A stretch of 60,346 nucleotides of DNA from a virus, in IMG/VR virus record IMGVR_UViG_3300031825_000012, positions 1 through 60,346 of that record; one strand, written 5' to 3'. The notes under the pieces were generated by a model, which had not been told where the DNA came from, searched no databases, and saw only the letters and a program-made list of their open reading frames with translations. Position numbers and translations under genes: made by a program. This document shows, in pieces, positions 43,277-51,431 of this stretch (its first letter is position 1; each line of letters begins with the position of its first letter).

Positions 43277-44293
43277 TTATTTAGAAAAATCCCTTGGCGG
43301 TGTGCCGGTTTTTGTGCCGGCTCCCCTGAGGTCGTCGGTCTGTAGATGGGCGTACCTCTGTGTCATCTGCGAGCCCTTGTGACCTAGGATTTTCTGGACG
43401 CGGTAGAGGTCCAGCCCGCGCTTTTGAATCGCCCAGGTGGCGAAAGTGTGCCTGAGATCATGGAACCTAAAGTCCTTGATCCCCGCCTTTTTCACGAGGG
43501 CGGCGAACTTGCTCGAGATCGCATCCACCCTGAGTGCCTTCCCCTCCCCATGCCAGAAAACCAGCGGCGAAATCATGTGCCGCGGCTGTGCCGACATTTG
43601 TGCCGACGCGGCCTTAGACATCGGAACCGTCCGCTGTCCGGTTTTCCCCTCCCTGACATGCAATTCTGCCCGCTCGAGATCGACATCCTGCCGGCGCAGA
43701 TTCAGGATCTCCCCCAGCCTCAATCCTGTTTCCACGGCCACGATGATGATCGGCCGGAGATCCCCCGCGCTCTCGAGCAGCTTTTTGTATTCGACGTCGG
43801 TGAGAAACCGCGTTCGGTGGGGCGATTCCTTCAGCGACCGCTTGCCGAAGCTCTTGACGGGATTGGCCTCGAGCCAGTCCCACTCAACGGCACAGGTCAG
43901 CATGGAACCCAGACAGGCGATGTCCCGGCGGATCGTGGTGTCTGAGACCTTGCCCTTCCGGCTCGAGACGTACTCGGCAAGCATCCCCTTGCCGATCGCG
44001 CCCAGCTCTGCCCCGCCGAAATGCTTCTCAAGGGCCCGGATTGAGCCCATATAGCGGTAGGCGCTCGAGGGTTTCAGCCCCGGCATATATTCGTTGATGA
44101 ATCTGGCCATGGCCTCATCGAAACTGCGCTTGGGCCGCCCGCCTCGAGCTAGGCGCCCGTGCTCTTCCTGCAAATCGCCAAGAAATCTCGAGGCTTTAGC
44201 TTTAGAAGTGGTGTGAGCGGACTGTCTGATTTCCGCGCCGTTGATCTGGAAACGGACCCACCAGATCCGGCCACGCTTGTAAACGTTCGCCAT
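43277..44293 (-). CDS. int: Tyrosine integrase (338 aa)
   Basis: N-terminal YKRGRIWWVRF; C-terminal R...HDLRHTFAT...LGH.....RY catalytic signature. Confidence 0.9.
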   Translation of the reverse strand: MANVYKRGRIWWVRFQINGAEIRQSAHTTSKAKASRFLGDLQEEHGRLARGGRPKRSFDEAMARFINEYMPGLKPSSAYRYMGSIRALEKHFGGAELGAIGKGMLAEYVSSRKGKVSDTTIRRDIACLGSMLTCAVEWDWLEANPVKSFGKRSLKESPHRTRFLTDVEYKKLLESAGDLRPIIIVAVETGLRLGEILNLRRQDVDLERAELHVREGKTGQRTVPMSKAASAQMSAQPRHMISPLVFWHGEGKALRVDAISSKFAALVKKAGIKDFRFHDLRHTFATWAIQKRGLDLYRVQKILGHKGSQMTQRYAHLQTDDLRGAGTKTGTPPRDFSK

Positions 44294-44475
44294 TGCTTCG
44301 GCCGCCGGTTCTTGAGCCAACCGAGATAGTCGGCTCTTGCGACCCGCCAGACCCTACCGATCTTGTAGGCTGGAAGATCCCCACGGGCGGCCAAGTTTGA
44401 CACGAATCGCCGGGTGACGCGCAAGTCCGCCGCAATGTCGGCCAGCGTCAGGCAATCCGTGCCAAGTTCCCTCAT
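44149..44475 (-). CDS. xis: Excisionase-type (MerR/HTH_17-like) DNA-binding protein; the ORF runs about 145 nt into int in another frame
   Basis: LTLADIAADLRVTRRFVSNLAARGDLPAYKIGRVWRVARADYLGWL; AGGAAGG RBS. Confidence 0.7.
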   Translation of the reverse strand: MRELGTDCLTLADIAADLRVTRRFVSNLAARGDLPAYKIGRVWRVARADYLGWLKNRRPKQWRTFTSVAGSGGSVSRSTARKSDSPLTPLLKLKPRDFLAICRKSTGA

Positions 44476-44515
44476 CCCACCTTCCTCGCCAAGAAATCCT
44501 CCACCGTTCCGACCA

Positions 44516-44707
44516 TTATTTCTCCTCCGTTACGCGAACGCGGACAATACGGTATGGCCGGCGGTGGCGATGGGCCGCTGCTGGCGCGTCGTTCAACAGA
44601 TCGGCCCATATCTTTGCAACCGCCCTGCGGTGAATGCTAAAGATCGAACCGCGCTTCCCAACCACCGCCCACATCCTGACTGGCTTCATGCGTTTCCTCT
44701 CCATCAC
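44516..44707 (-). CDS. Hypothetical protein (63 aa)
   Basis: ORF track. Confidence 0.45.
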   Translation of the reverse strand: MMERKRMKPVRMWAVVGKRGSIFSIHRRAVAKIWADLLNDAPAAAHRHRRPYRIVRVRVTEEK

Positions 44708-44898
44708 TTCCTCCCCCAGACTAGCCGGCCCGAGACATGCTCAACGCGCGTCGTTCCGGGGTTGTATTCAGCGTTCGCCACGGCGTCTGCATCGTCTCGC
44801 AGCTCAAGCGGGTAGAACATGTCGCCACGGAAGAAGACGTATATCCGGCACCGCTCTAGTAACTCAGTCGCCATTTCTGAGGCTTCGATCCCTTCCAT
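44704..44898 (-). CDS. Hypothetical protein (64 aa)
   Basis: Internal ATG of ORF 44704..44970 with a GAGGAG RBS. Confidence 0.5.
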   Translation of the reverse strand: MEGIEASEMATELLERCRIYVFFRGDMFYPLELRDDADAVANAEYNPGTTRVEHVSGRLVWGRK

Positions 44899-45032
44899 CA
44901 CTTTCTCCTCACCGCCGGCCCATATTGAATCCTCACGCCCGAACCACCACAGGGCCAACATATCCACCATTCAAACTTTCCGTGCGAATAGGTGACATGG
45001 TTGCCGGAGCCTCGGCAGAGGGGGCAGATCAT
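44898..45032 (-). CDS. Small DnaJ-type zinc-finger-like protein (44 aa)
   Basis: CPLCRGSG...CWPCGGSG (two CxxCxGxG knuckles); GGAGGTGA RBS. Confidence 0.45.
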   Translation of the reverse strand: MICPLCRGSGNHVTYSHGKFEWWICWPCGGSGVRIQYGPAVRRK

Positions 45033-45087
45033 GCAGCCTTCACCTCCGCGTCGATGTTCCTGGCGGCCACGGTGAAGGTCAGGGCGG

Positions 45088-45711
45088 TCATCTGGCGCCT
45101 CCCCGAGGGCCAACCGGCGTCGAGATCGCCTTCTCGACCGTCCAGCTATAGCGGCGGATTCGATTCTTCACGATGTCGGCGGGCAAGCCATGCCGCTCGG
45201 CCAGATCAGAGATCAGGATCGATTTGCCCTGATAGACGATGGGTTTGTTGTCGCGGCGATTCCGGTTCTGCTCGGTATAGGTGGCCCAACGGCAGTTACC
45301 GGGCTCGTAATTGCCATCATTGTCGCGCCGATCGATCGTGAGGGCGCCCGCGTATCCGTTCGCAAGCGCCCAGTCCCGAAAGGCCTTAAAGCTGCCGCGC
45401 CATTCCGGGCACACGGCGATGCCCCGGCCGCCATATCTGGGATAGGCGGCGTCAGCAGGATTCTCGCAGCGCCCCTTCATCCTGCTCCAGATGGTGTAGA
45501 GCCGCGTGCGCTTCTGGCCGTGGGTCCGACGCGTGCCCGTCGCCGTGTGACATTTGATGCAGCCCTTTGATCGGCCTGCCCGCAAGGAGCGGCCATCAAC
45601 ATCGCGATCAGCACCGCAGGCGCATCGGCATCGCCATTTCTGAGCGCCAGCATAATCGATCACCGTCCAGCGACCGAAGGTCTGCCCAGCAAGATTCGCG
45701 AGTGCCGTCAT
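45088..45711 (-). CDS. Conserved phage DNA-binding/nuclease-associated protein (207 aa), family not assigned
   Basis: GQTFGRWTV...CRCACG...YTIWSRMKGRCENP....YGGRGIAVCPEW..F..F..WA...G.....IDRRDNDGNYEPGNCRWAT is a widespread phage motif set. Confidence 0.6.
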   Translation of the reverse strand: MTALANLAGQTFGRWTVIDYAGAQKWRCRCACGADRDVDGRSLRAGRSKGCIKCHTATGTRRTHGQKRTRLYTIWSRMKGRCENPADAAYPRYGGRGIAVCPEWRGSFKAFRDWALANGYAGALTIDRRDNDGNYEPGNCRWATYTEQNRNRRDNKPIVYQGKSILISDLAERHGLPADIVKNRIRRYSWTVEKAISTPVGPRGGAR

Positions 45712-46346
45712 GCTGCGCACTCCATGGAATCGATATTCATAGCGGAGGTCTTAAAGGAGATTGCGACAACTTCCGGATTGGCCGCCCAGGCGTCGTCGCC
45801 ATGCAATTGACGCCAGATGTCCTCGAAGCCGAGGCGCGGCGCGAGATAGTTGCTGTAGCCAGGATCAACGCGAAGCTCGTCTTCCGTGATCCAGCCATGG
45901 CCCGCGACGTACAGGCCGCAACCTTCCGCCTTCGCATCCGCTTCGCTGATGTCATGCAGCCGCTCGATCTTCGTCGCTGTCACGGTCAGCGTGAGGCGCG
46001 AAGCCCAGCGGGGCATGTGGATCGAGGGCTTCGGCTTCGTCCAATCGCCATCCTCGGGGTTGCCGTCAGCCCAATACCAAGGCGGCAAAATGCCGTCCTT
46101 ATCGACGTCGAGCCGGTCATAGGAGAAGTTCTCGCGCACCCAGAGCCGGTCGCCGGGCTTCACCCTCTGCCAGGGCGTTTCCAGTAACGTGTAACCGTCG
46201 CAGCAATGAACGCCGTCTCTCCAATTTTTCGGCGATGTCGGCGATGTCACGACTTGCCGCCAGGCCAGCCGGCGGGTCATGGATTTCCTGCCGTCTAGGA
46301 GGGCTCTAATCATCGGCGCGGAGAAGATGATGGGGATGTCTGTCAT
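45708..46346 (-). CDS. ASCH/PUA-like domain protein (212 aa)
   Basis: The N-terminal IIFSAPMIRALLDGRKSMTRRL is typical of phage ASCH-like proteins. Confidence 0.55.
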   Translation of the reverse strand: MTDIPIIFSAPMIRALLDGRKSMTRRLAWRQVVTSPTSPKNWRDGVHCCDGYTLLETPWQRVKPGDRLWVRENFSYDRLDVDKDGILPPWYWADGNPEDGDWTKPKPSIHMPRWASRLTLTVTATKIERLHDISEADAKAEGCGLYVAGHGWITEDELRVDPGYSNYLAPRLGFEDIWRQLHGDDAWAANPEVVAISFKTSAMNIDSMECAA

Positions 46347-46376
46347 GTCGTCACCGCCGGCCCGTGCTGAGGGAGG

Positions 46377-46559
46377 TCATGGGGCCGTCCTCCGAATCTT
46401 CCTGATAATTGCGTTCAACATCTTTATGTCATTCGGCGACCAGCCATATTCTATTGCCTGTTCGCGCAATAATTTAGTGATACGAGCGCGTTCCTCGCGA
46501 CGACCTCGGATCATCCCGGCCCCCGCCATTTCCGCTTCACGCCCGAGGTAAAATTCCAT
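46377..46559 (-). CDS. Hypothetical protein (60 aa)
   Basis: ORF track. Confidence 0.45.
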   Translation of the reverse strand: MEFYLGREAEMAGAGMIRGRREERARITKLLREQAIEYGWSPNDIKMLNAIIRKIRRTAP

Positions 46560-46598
46560 CTCACTTTCCCTTCGGTGTCACGATGACGGGGATGCAGG

Positions 46599-46859
46599 TC
46601 ATGGGGTTTCCTGTTCTTTGATCTCAGCAACGCGCCGCATAACCTCTTTGAGCGTCTCGGCCTCGGGGTTGTAGTTCCATCTCCATCTGATTCCGAAGCC
46701 CAAGAGCATCGCCTTTATCTCGAAACCGCCCATGTTGCGTTCATTCTCGATCTCCAAATGGATGACTGTGAACGTCGTCCAGTTGTAACGGCTCGGCATC
46801 AGGACCGCCGGCCATTCGCAATAAAACTCGATCAGCCAGTTGCCGCGCTCGATCATCAT
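46599..46859 (-). CDS. Hypothetical protein (86 aa)
   Basis: ORF track. Confidence 0.5.
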   Translation of the reverse strand: MMIERGNWLIEFYCEWPAVLMPSRYNWTTFTVIHLEIENERNMGGFEIKAMLLGFGIRWRWNYNPEAETLKEVMRRVAEIKEQETP

Positions 46860-47467
46860 TTGTCGCCCTCTATCAGCCTTCCCTGCGGCGTTGGCGCCGT
46901 GAATGTGCCTATCTCCCCCGTGCCCGAGGGTGAGGGGAAGGTGGACCCATATATCTTCTCCTCCGTGACGGGGCCGGCGAGGGCGGCGCGGGATATCTTG
47001 AGCGCCGCACGCCTGTTTCTTTCACACGCCAAACAATGACGCTTAGCGCTGGCCGCCTTCTCTACCCAGGTATTGTCGGGGTTAAAGGCGTGCCCATGCT
47101 TACAGTGAGTTTTGGTGGCATTCCTTGCTGACGCGCTAGTGCCCCGCAGCGTATTTTCCTTCGAGGTCACTATTTCCAAGTGGTGAGGATTAATGCAGCA
47201 CCGCACGCGGCATCGGTGATCCAACTGCATCCCCGCTGGAATCGGCCCATTGACCAACTCATAGCTGGCACGGTGGGCTCTCTGTAATTTGCCATCCCAC
47301 CAAACCTGTCCGTAACCATCAACCGTCCCGCTGTTCATCCACAGGATGCAGCCAGTATTTGGCTCTGGCGTCGAATAGCGCTCTAGCCGTTCGGCCAGCG
47401 TATCTGTGGGGTAGCGCCGGCTCATGCCCTTGGCGGCCCCTCTAGCCTCTTTCACGTCCTCACTCAT
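46856..47467 (-). CDS. HNH endonuclease (203 aa)
   Basis: GCILWMNSGTVDGYGQVWW...AHRASYEL...LDHRCRVRCCINPHHLE. Internal ATG overlaps the upstream stop. Confidence 0.75.
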   Translation of the reverse strand: MSEDVKEARGAAKGMSRRYPTDTLAERLERYSTPEPNTGCILWMNSGTVDGYGQVWWDGKLQRAHRASYELVNGPIPAGMQLDHRCRVRCCINPHHLEIVTSKENTLRGTSASARNATKTHCKHGHAFNPDNTWVEKAASAKRHCLACERNRRAALKISRAALAGPVTEEKIYGSTFPSPSGTGEIGTFTAPTPQGRLIEGDK

Positions 47468-47682
47468 TTCGCTACCCTCAGAATCTTGATCTTGTCGCAG
47501 GTGTAGCCGGCCCGCCGCCAATACGACCATTTGTCGCCGACCATTGCGCCGTTAAGGTGGGTCCAGGCCCTGATAGACCGATTGCGGCTTGTGCGAACGG
47601 TATCGGTCCACATCATCCCGCGTTCATCGAAGACCGCCCAATGGTACGGGCTTTTCTTGCCGAGGAATGTCTTCTCACTCAT
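47464..47682 (-). CDS. Hypothetical protein (72 aa)
   Basis: Internal ATG of ORF 47464..47766 overlapping the upstream stop. Confidence 0.5.
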   Translation of the reverse strand: MSEKTFLGKKSPYHWAVFDERGMMWTDTVRTSRNRSIRAWTHLNGAMVGDKWSYWRRAGYTCDKIKILRVAK

Positions 47683-47879
47683 TTCGTATCGCTCCCGCGT
47701 GGTGGGGTGGGAAGGGGCATCCAGTGGGTGGGCTTGACGTAATAGTCGCCGGTCGCGTGGGTCCATTCGCCAACCATGTCATCCCACCATATTTGGGCGG
47801 CCTGCCATTTACCGTCCAACCACGCGCCGATGATGTATCCGGTCTTCGGCGCCGTCTCGATCAATGGCCACTCACTCAC
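47679..47879 (-). CDS. DUF551-like protein (66 aa)
   Basis: W..IETAPK......W..........PTHWMPLPTPP. Confidence 0.55.
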   Translation of the reverse strand: MSEWPLIETAPKTGYIIGAWLDGKWQAAQIWWDDMVGEWTHATGDYYVKPTHWMPLPTPPRGSDTK

Positions 47880-48310
47880 TTCGTCTCTCCTGTGCGCGGG
47901 GTTGAGGCAGAGCGTTGGCGGAGGGCGGCAGAAACGCGCGCCATCTGTTCGTCGATTGCGTTACGGCAACTCTTGTGCTTCCGGACGCTTCCCTCCGTGT
48001 CGTTGAGATCGACGCTCATTGGCCAATCGTCGGTCATCAAGCGCGTGACGTTATGGTTCAAAATCAGTGTCCAGCCATAGTTGGTGCCGTAACGCTGATT
48101 GAGCCGGTCGCTACAGTTATCGAGCCAGTTAAGCCGCTTCGTATCATCTAGATCGCCGACTTCGTCCGAGGGGCGATCTGGCTGCCGGTAAACACCGATA
48201 TCTGCCTTTTTGAAGGCATATTCGAGATGCCAAGGATTCGGTCGTCCCTCGGCGTTGTTGATGGCGTCCTCGACAGCATCCGCAACTTCTTCCCAAATTG
48301 ATCCGGTCAT
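47876..48310 (-). CDS. Hypothetical protein (144 aa)
   Basis: ORF track. Confidence 0.55.
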   Translation of the reverse strand: MTGSIWEEVADAVEDAINNAEGRPNPWHLEYAFKKADIGVYRQPDRPSDEVGDLDDTKRLNWLDNCSDRLNQRYGTNYGWTLILNHNVTRLMTDDWPMSVDLNDTEGSVRKHKSCRNAIDEQMARVSAALRQRSASTPRTGETK

Positions 48311-48346
48311 CTCATTTCTCCATATCAGAGCATTGACGGAGGGCGG

Positions 48347-48478
48347 TCATAAATTTACCCAAAGCACATACAGCCACCCAGCTAACCCAATCAGTAAGAC
48401 CGCCTTAAATGGCCACATTGGCCACTCCTTGTGCCGTCTTCGGCGAATAGTCTCCCGGTAAAACGGATAACCCTTCAT
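48347..48478 (-). CDS. Small TM protein (43 aa)
   Basis: C-terminal part of ORF 48347..48724 from the ATG that overlaps the upstream stop; FKAVLLIGLAGWLYVLWV. Confidence 0.35.
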   Translation of the reverse strand: MKGYPFYRETIRRRRHKEWPMWPFKAVLLIGLAGWLYVLWVNL

Positions 48479-48858
48479 CTGCACTTTCTCATGGCTGGGC
48501 GTGGTTTTACTTCGGCGGCCGCTATAAGCGTTCGCCACGCCTCGGAATGAGATAGATTGCCCTTCTCGCATTCGTCCATTACAGCCCTTACCTTCGGAAG
48601 CAAAATGCGGAGAACCACGGCTTGTTCTGGGCCGATAACGACTGCAGTTTCCTCCATCGCCTCGTCCCTGTGGACGTAGCCGGCGGCGAGCAGGGCGTCG
48701 GCTTGCTTCAAGAAGCGCATCCACTGAGGATGTTCGCGGGCCTCGCCTAAAAAATTGGTCGTGATAATCAGGTTGTTGGCGACATAGCCGAACGCTTCAC
48801 AGATCGACCTCGCCAGCCGCTCACGCTCGGGGGATGGGGCAGTCATGGTGTCAGCCAT
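48475..48858 (-). CDS. Hypothetical protein (127 aa)
   Basis: ORF track. Confidence 0.55.
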   Translation of the reverse strand: MADTMTAPSPERERLARSICEAFGYVANNLIITTNFLGEAREHPQWMRFLKQADALLAAGYVHRDEAMEETAVVIGPEQAVVLRILLPKVRAVMDECEKGNLSHSEAWRTLIAAAEVKPRPAMRKCR

Positions 48859-49111
48859 TGCGTTTCTCCGCCTCTCGGGCGGCCTTGCGCTTCGTCAGCA
48901 ACGACTGAGGCACTCCTTGCCCGCTATCCCATAAGTCAACGATCTCCTCGGTGAGAAGGTCTGATGGACGCTGGTTGCTGGTGCGCCACTTCTCGCCGCG
49001 ACCGCCTTCCCACCGCGCCTTATGAGTGCGCATTTCCTCTGCCTCGTCCTCTGTTCCCTCAAAGGCGAACGTGCCGTATCCAGCAACCCAAATGGTCCAT
49101 TTGTCTTTCAT
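48851..49111 (-). CDS. Hypothetical protein (86 aa)
   Basis: Internal ATG of ORF 48851..49168 with a GGAGGA RBS. Confidence 0.5.
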   Translation of the reverse strand: MKDKWTIWVAGYGTFAFEGTEDEAEEMRTHKARWEGGRGEKWRTSNQRPSDLLTEEIVDLWDSGQGVPQSLLTKRKAAREAEKRNG

Positions 49112-49112
49112 C

Positions 49113-49382
49113 TCACTCCTCCATCTCAGCGCAGGCGGTGCGGAAGGAGGCGAGGGCGGTCTCGACATTCCGGGCGGTTACAGTCGCGGGCTCTCGCAAC
49201 TGCTTACCGGACCAATCACAAAGGGGCTCACACGCCTCCACCACCTTCAACGACTCCCGGAGCAGCCGACTGACCGCGAGCGTATCTTGTGCCTGTGTAG
49301 CGCTATATGGAGCGTACGGCTTTGCATGTGTCGCCGCCTTCGCCCTTCCCTCGATCTCGTCCAGGAGAGATAGGAGAGTCAC
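49113..49382 (-). CDS. Hypothetical protein (89 aa)
   Basis: ORF track. Confidence 0.5.
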   Translation of the reverse strand: MTLLSLLDEIEGRAKAATHAKPYAPYSATQAQDTLAVSRLLRESLKVVEACEPLCDWSGKQLREPATVTARNVETALASFRTACAEMEE

Positions 49383-49618
49383 GGCCGCCTCTCAACCCAG
49401 GCTGGGCACTTGAAGTCGGGATCGACCTCATTGTGCTGCGTCTGGCTTCCGCAGGTGTCGCAGATACCATTGATCCAATGGCCGCAGTTTCTGGCGACCG
49501 GATGGTGAGTGTTGCCCGCTTCGAACTTGCCGCGCTCGACCCCGCGCTTGAACGCCTTGTCCAACTTGGCGTTCAACTCGGCCTGCGTGAGAATGTAGAT
49601 ATCCGGTGAAATGTTCAT
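49379..49618 (-). CDS. Hypothetical Cys/His-containing protein (79 aa)
   Basis: ORF track. Confidence 0.5.
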   Translation of the reverse strand: MNISPDIYILTQAELNAKLDKAFKRGVERGKFEAGNTHHPVARNCGHWINGICDTCGSQTQHNEVDPDFKCPAWVERRP

Positions 49619-49980
49619 GATGCTTTCCTCTGTTTAGCCTCGATATTGAATCGCGCTGGTGACTTCGCCCAAAGGGCTTGCCATAGCGCCTCTAGATCGA
49701 GGCCGTACTTCTCGGCGAATGCACGCTCACCTATGCGATGTTGCTCGGCATGATGTCCCTCTAGGCCGCCACAGAGCGGTATGGTGCGGCTGTCATCTGG
49801 CTTGATCCCGACGCCAGAATTGCTCCCCAGTCGAACGTGGGCGGCTTCGATGGGCATCTGGACACAACCGCGCACCGCGCAGGCAAAGCCGCGAATCCAC
49901 TTGAGATGCGCCGCGCTCCTGATCCGATTATCCCGTCTCGGCTTCTTGGACTTGATGCGCGGCGGCAATTGGATCGTCAT
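49615..49980 (-). CDS. DUF968-like Cys/His (HNH-related) protein (121 aa)
   Basis: HLKWIRGFACAV.GC......AHVR.....G.G.KPDD..TIPLC...HH.EQH..GE..F. Confidence 0.5.
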   Translation of the reverse strand: MTIQLPPRIKSKKPRRDNRIRSAAHLKWIRGFACAVRGCVQMPIEAAHVRLGSNSGVGIKPDDSRTIPLCGGLEGHHAEQHRIGERAFAEKYGLDLEALWQALWAKSPARFNIEAKQRKAS

Positions 49981-50873
49981 TTCCCGACCTTCGAGTGAAG
50001 CTCCGGCACCTCGGATTTCATGCGGTCGAGCGCGGCGGCATTGCGTTCGAAGATCAGCGCGATCTCCTCGGCATCCGCGTCGGCCAGTTCTTCGTTGATG
50101 GATTCCAGGAATGCCGGCCAGTCGGTTGCTGGAGCCGTGTCGTTTGCGGGTTCCGCAGCCGGCCCTGGCTTGTGCTCAATAACGGCCTGCGGCTCTGGCG
50201 CGTCATCGAGGAACGCCGTCTCGACCTTCTCGGGGGGCGCCGGCAAGTCCTGCATCTCTTCGGCGATGGCGAGACCCGCCAGACAGTCGGCGAAGCCGTC
50301 CCGAAGGGCGTAGGCGCGAGCGCGGGCCATGAGCATCCGCTGCGGATACATTGACCAGATGGGCTTCTTGACGTTCGCCCACAAATGCGCGCGCTTGGCA
50401 TCCTTGACCGAAAAGGTTCCGACATAGGGTTCGGACTGACCCTTGCGCCAGATGCGATAGGTAGCTGTCCAATCATCCTGGCCATCTGTCCCGGTAAATG
50501 TCTGCTCGACCTTCTCGACGTGCCCCTTGGCTTGCACCAGAGCCACCGCCCCATCCCCCCAGATGCTCGGCCGGTTGTTGACGATCATAATGGTGGAAAG
50601 GGCGGTGATGGGCGGGAGGCCCACTTCGAGGCCTTTAAGGATGCCAATCATCAACGCCGCCCGAGTGGCGTTGCCGTCCTTACCCTCGTATGAATTCGGC
50701 ACCATTCCGGCCTTGATAATGGCGTCCGTCAGGCGCCACGCCTCGTCAAGGTCTTGGGGGATGATTGCGTCAAGCGGCCCACCGGATTTGATCGGAGGTT
50801 TTTCAGCGCGCTTGACTGGCAATTGCGGCACGGTTTCGATTTCGGCAATCTGGATCTCAGCAGCATCGCCCAT
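49977..50873 (-). CDS. recT: RecT-family single-strand annealing protein (298 aa)
   Basis: ALMIGILKGLEVGLPPITALSTIMIVNNRPSIWGDGAVALV...MYPQRMLMARARAYALRDGFADCL. Confidence 0.85.
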   Translation of the reverse strand: MGDAAEIQIAEIETVPQLPVKRAEKPPIKSGGPLDAIIPQDLDEAWRLTDAIIKAGMVPNSYEGKDGNATRAALMIGILKGLEVGLPPITALSTIMIVNNRPSIWGDGAVALVQAKGHVEKVEQTFTGTDGQDDWTATYRIWRKGQSEPYVGTFSVKDAKRAHLWANVKKPIWSMYPQRMLMARARAYALRDGFADCLAGLAIAEEMQDLPAPPEKVETAFLDDAPEPQAVIEHKPGPAAEPANDTAPATDWPAFLESINEELADADAEEIALIFERNAAALDRMKSEVPELHSKVGK

Positions 50874-51422
50874 TTAGCTCTCCTGCGCGTTGGTCGGGAA
50901 ATTGAGTCGAGCGAAACTTCCCCATAGTTCTGTAGCGGCGGAGTCATAGGCTCGTGCGGCTTCGATCTCAGTGGGGTATCGCTTCACGATACGCTTGCCT
51001 GTCGGCCCCTTGACCTGCATAAGCCATTTCTGGCGCTCGCGGTCAAAGCCAATGCCGCGGTACTTACTGGTCGCACTTTTGCTTCGTGCATTGGCCAGAT
51101 TTTCTCCGCGCGTTGCGATCCGAAGATTTGAGATTCGATTATCATCTCGAACGCCGTTTATATGATCGATGTCCATATGGCGCGGCGGAAGATCGCCGTG
51201 GACAAACAACCATGCCAGCCGATGGGCGCGGCATATCCGTCCGGCGACTACAATGACGCGGTAGCCGTTCGGCTTAACGGTTCCGGCAATTTCTCCGGCT
51301 ACCGGTCGATATCTGTCCTGCGTCCAAGTAAAATGCCCGGTCTTTTCGTCATAGGTTAGCAGTCGGAATACCTCCGAGAGCCATCCCGCCGTCGTTGTCG
51401 GGTTCAGTTTTGGGGGCGACAT
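50874..51422 (-). CDS. HNH endonuclease with an AP2 DNA-binding domain (182 aa), inserted between recT and the exonuclease gene
   Basis: AHRLAWLFVHGDLP...IDHINGVRDDNRISNLR (HNH_3) followed by YRGIGFDRERQKWLMQV......FPTEIEAARAYD (AP2). Confidence 0.8.
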   Translation of the reverse strand: MSPPKLNPTTTAGWLSEVFRLLTYDEKTGHFTWTQDRYRPVAGEIAGTVKPNGYRVIVVAGRICRAHRLAWLFVHGDLPPRHMDIDHINGVRDDNRISNLRIATRGENLANARSKSATSKYRGIGFDRERQKWLMQVKGPTGKRIVKRYPTEIEAARAYDSAATELWGSFARLNFPTNAQES

Positions 51423-51431
51423 ATCTCTCTC

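Noticed and set aside
43586-43607. TGTGCCGAC repeated twice inside the integrase gene, similar to the motifs flanking the candidate attP
   Set aside because: It is explained by a repeated Ser-Ala-Gln coding segment (SAQMSAQ) on the minus strand. It also lies about 350 nt from the core, too far to count as an arm site without evidence.
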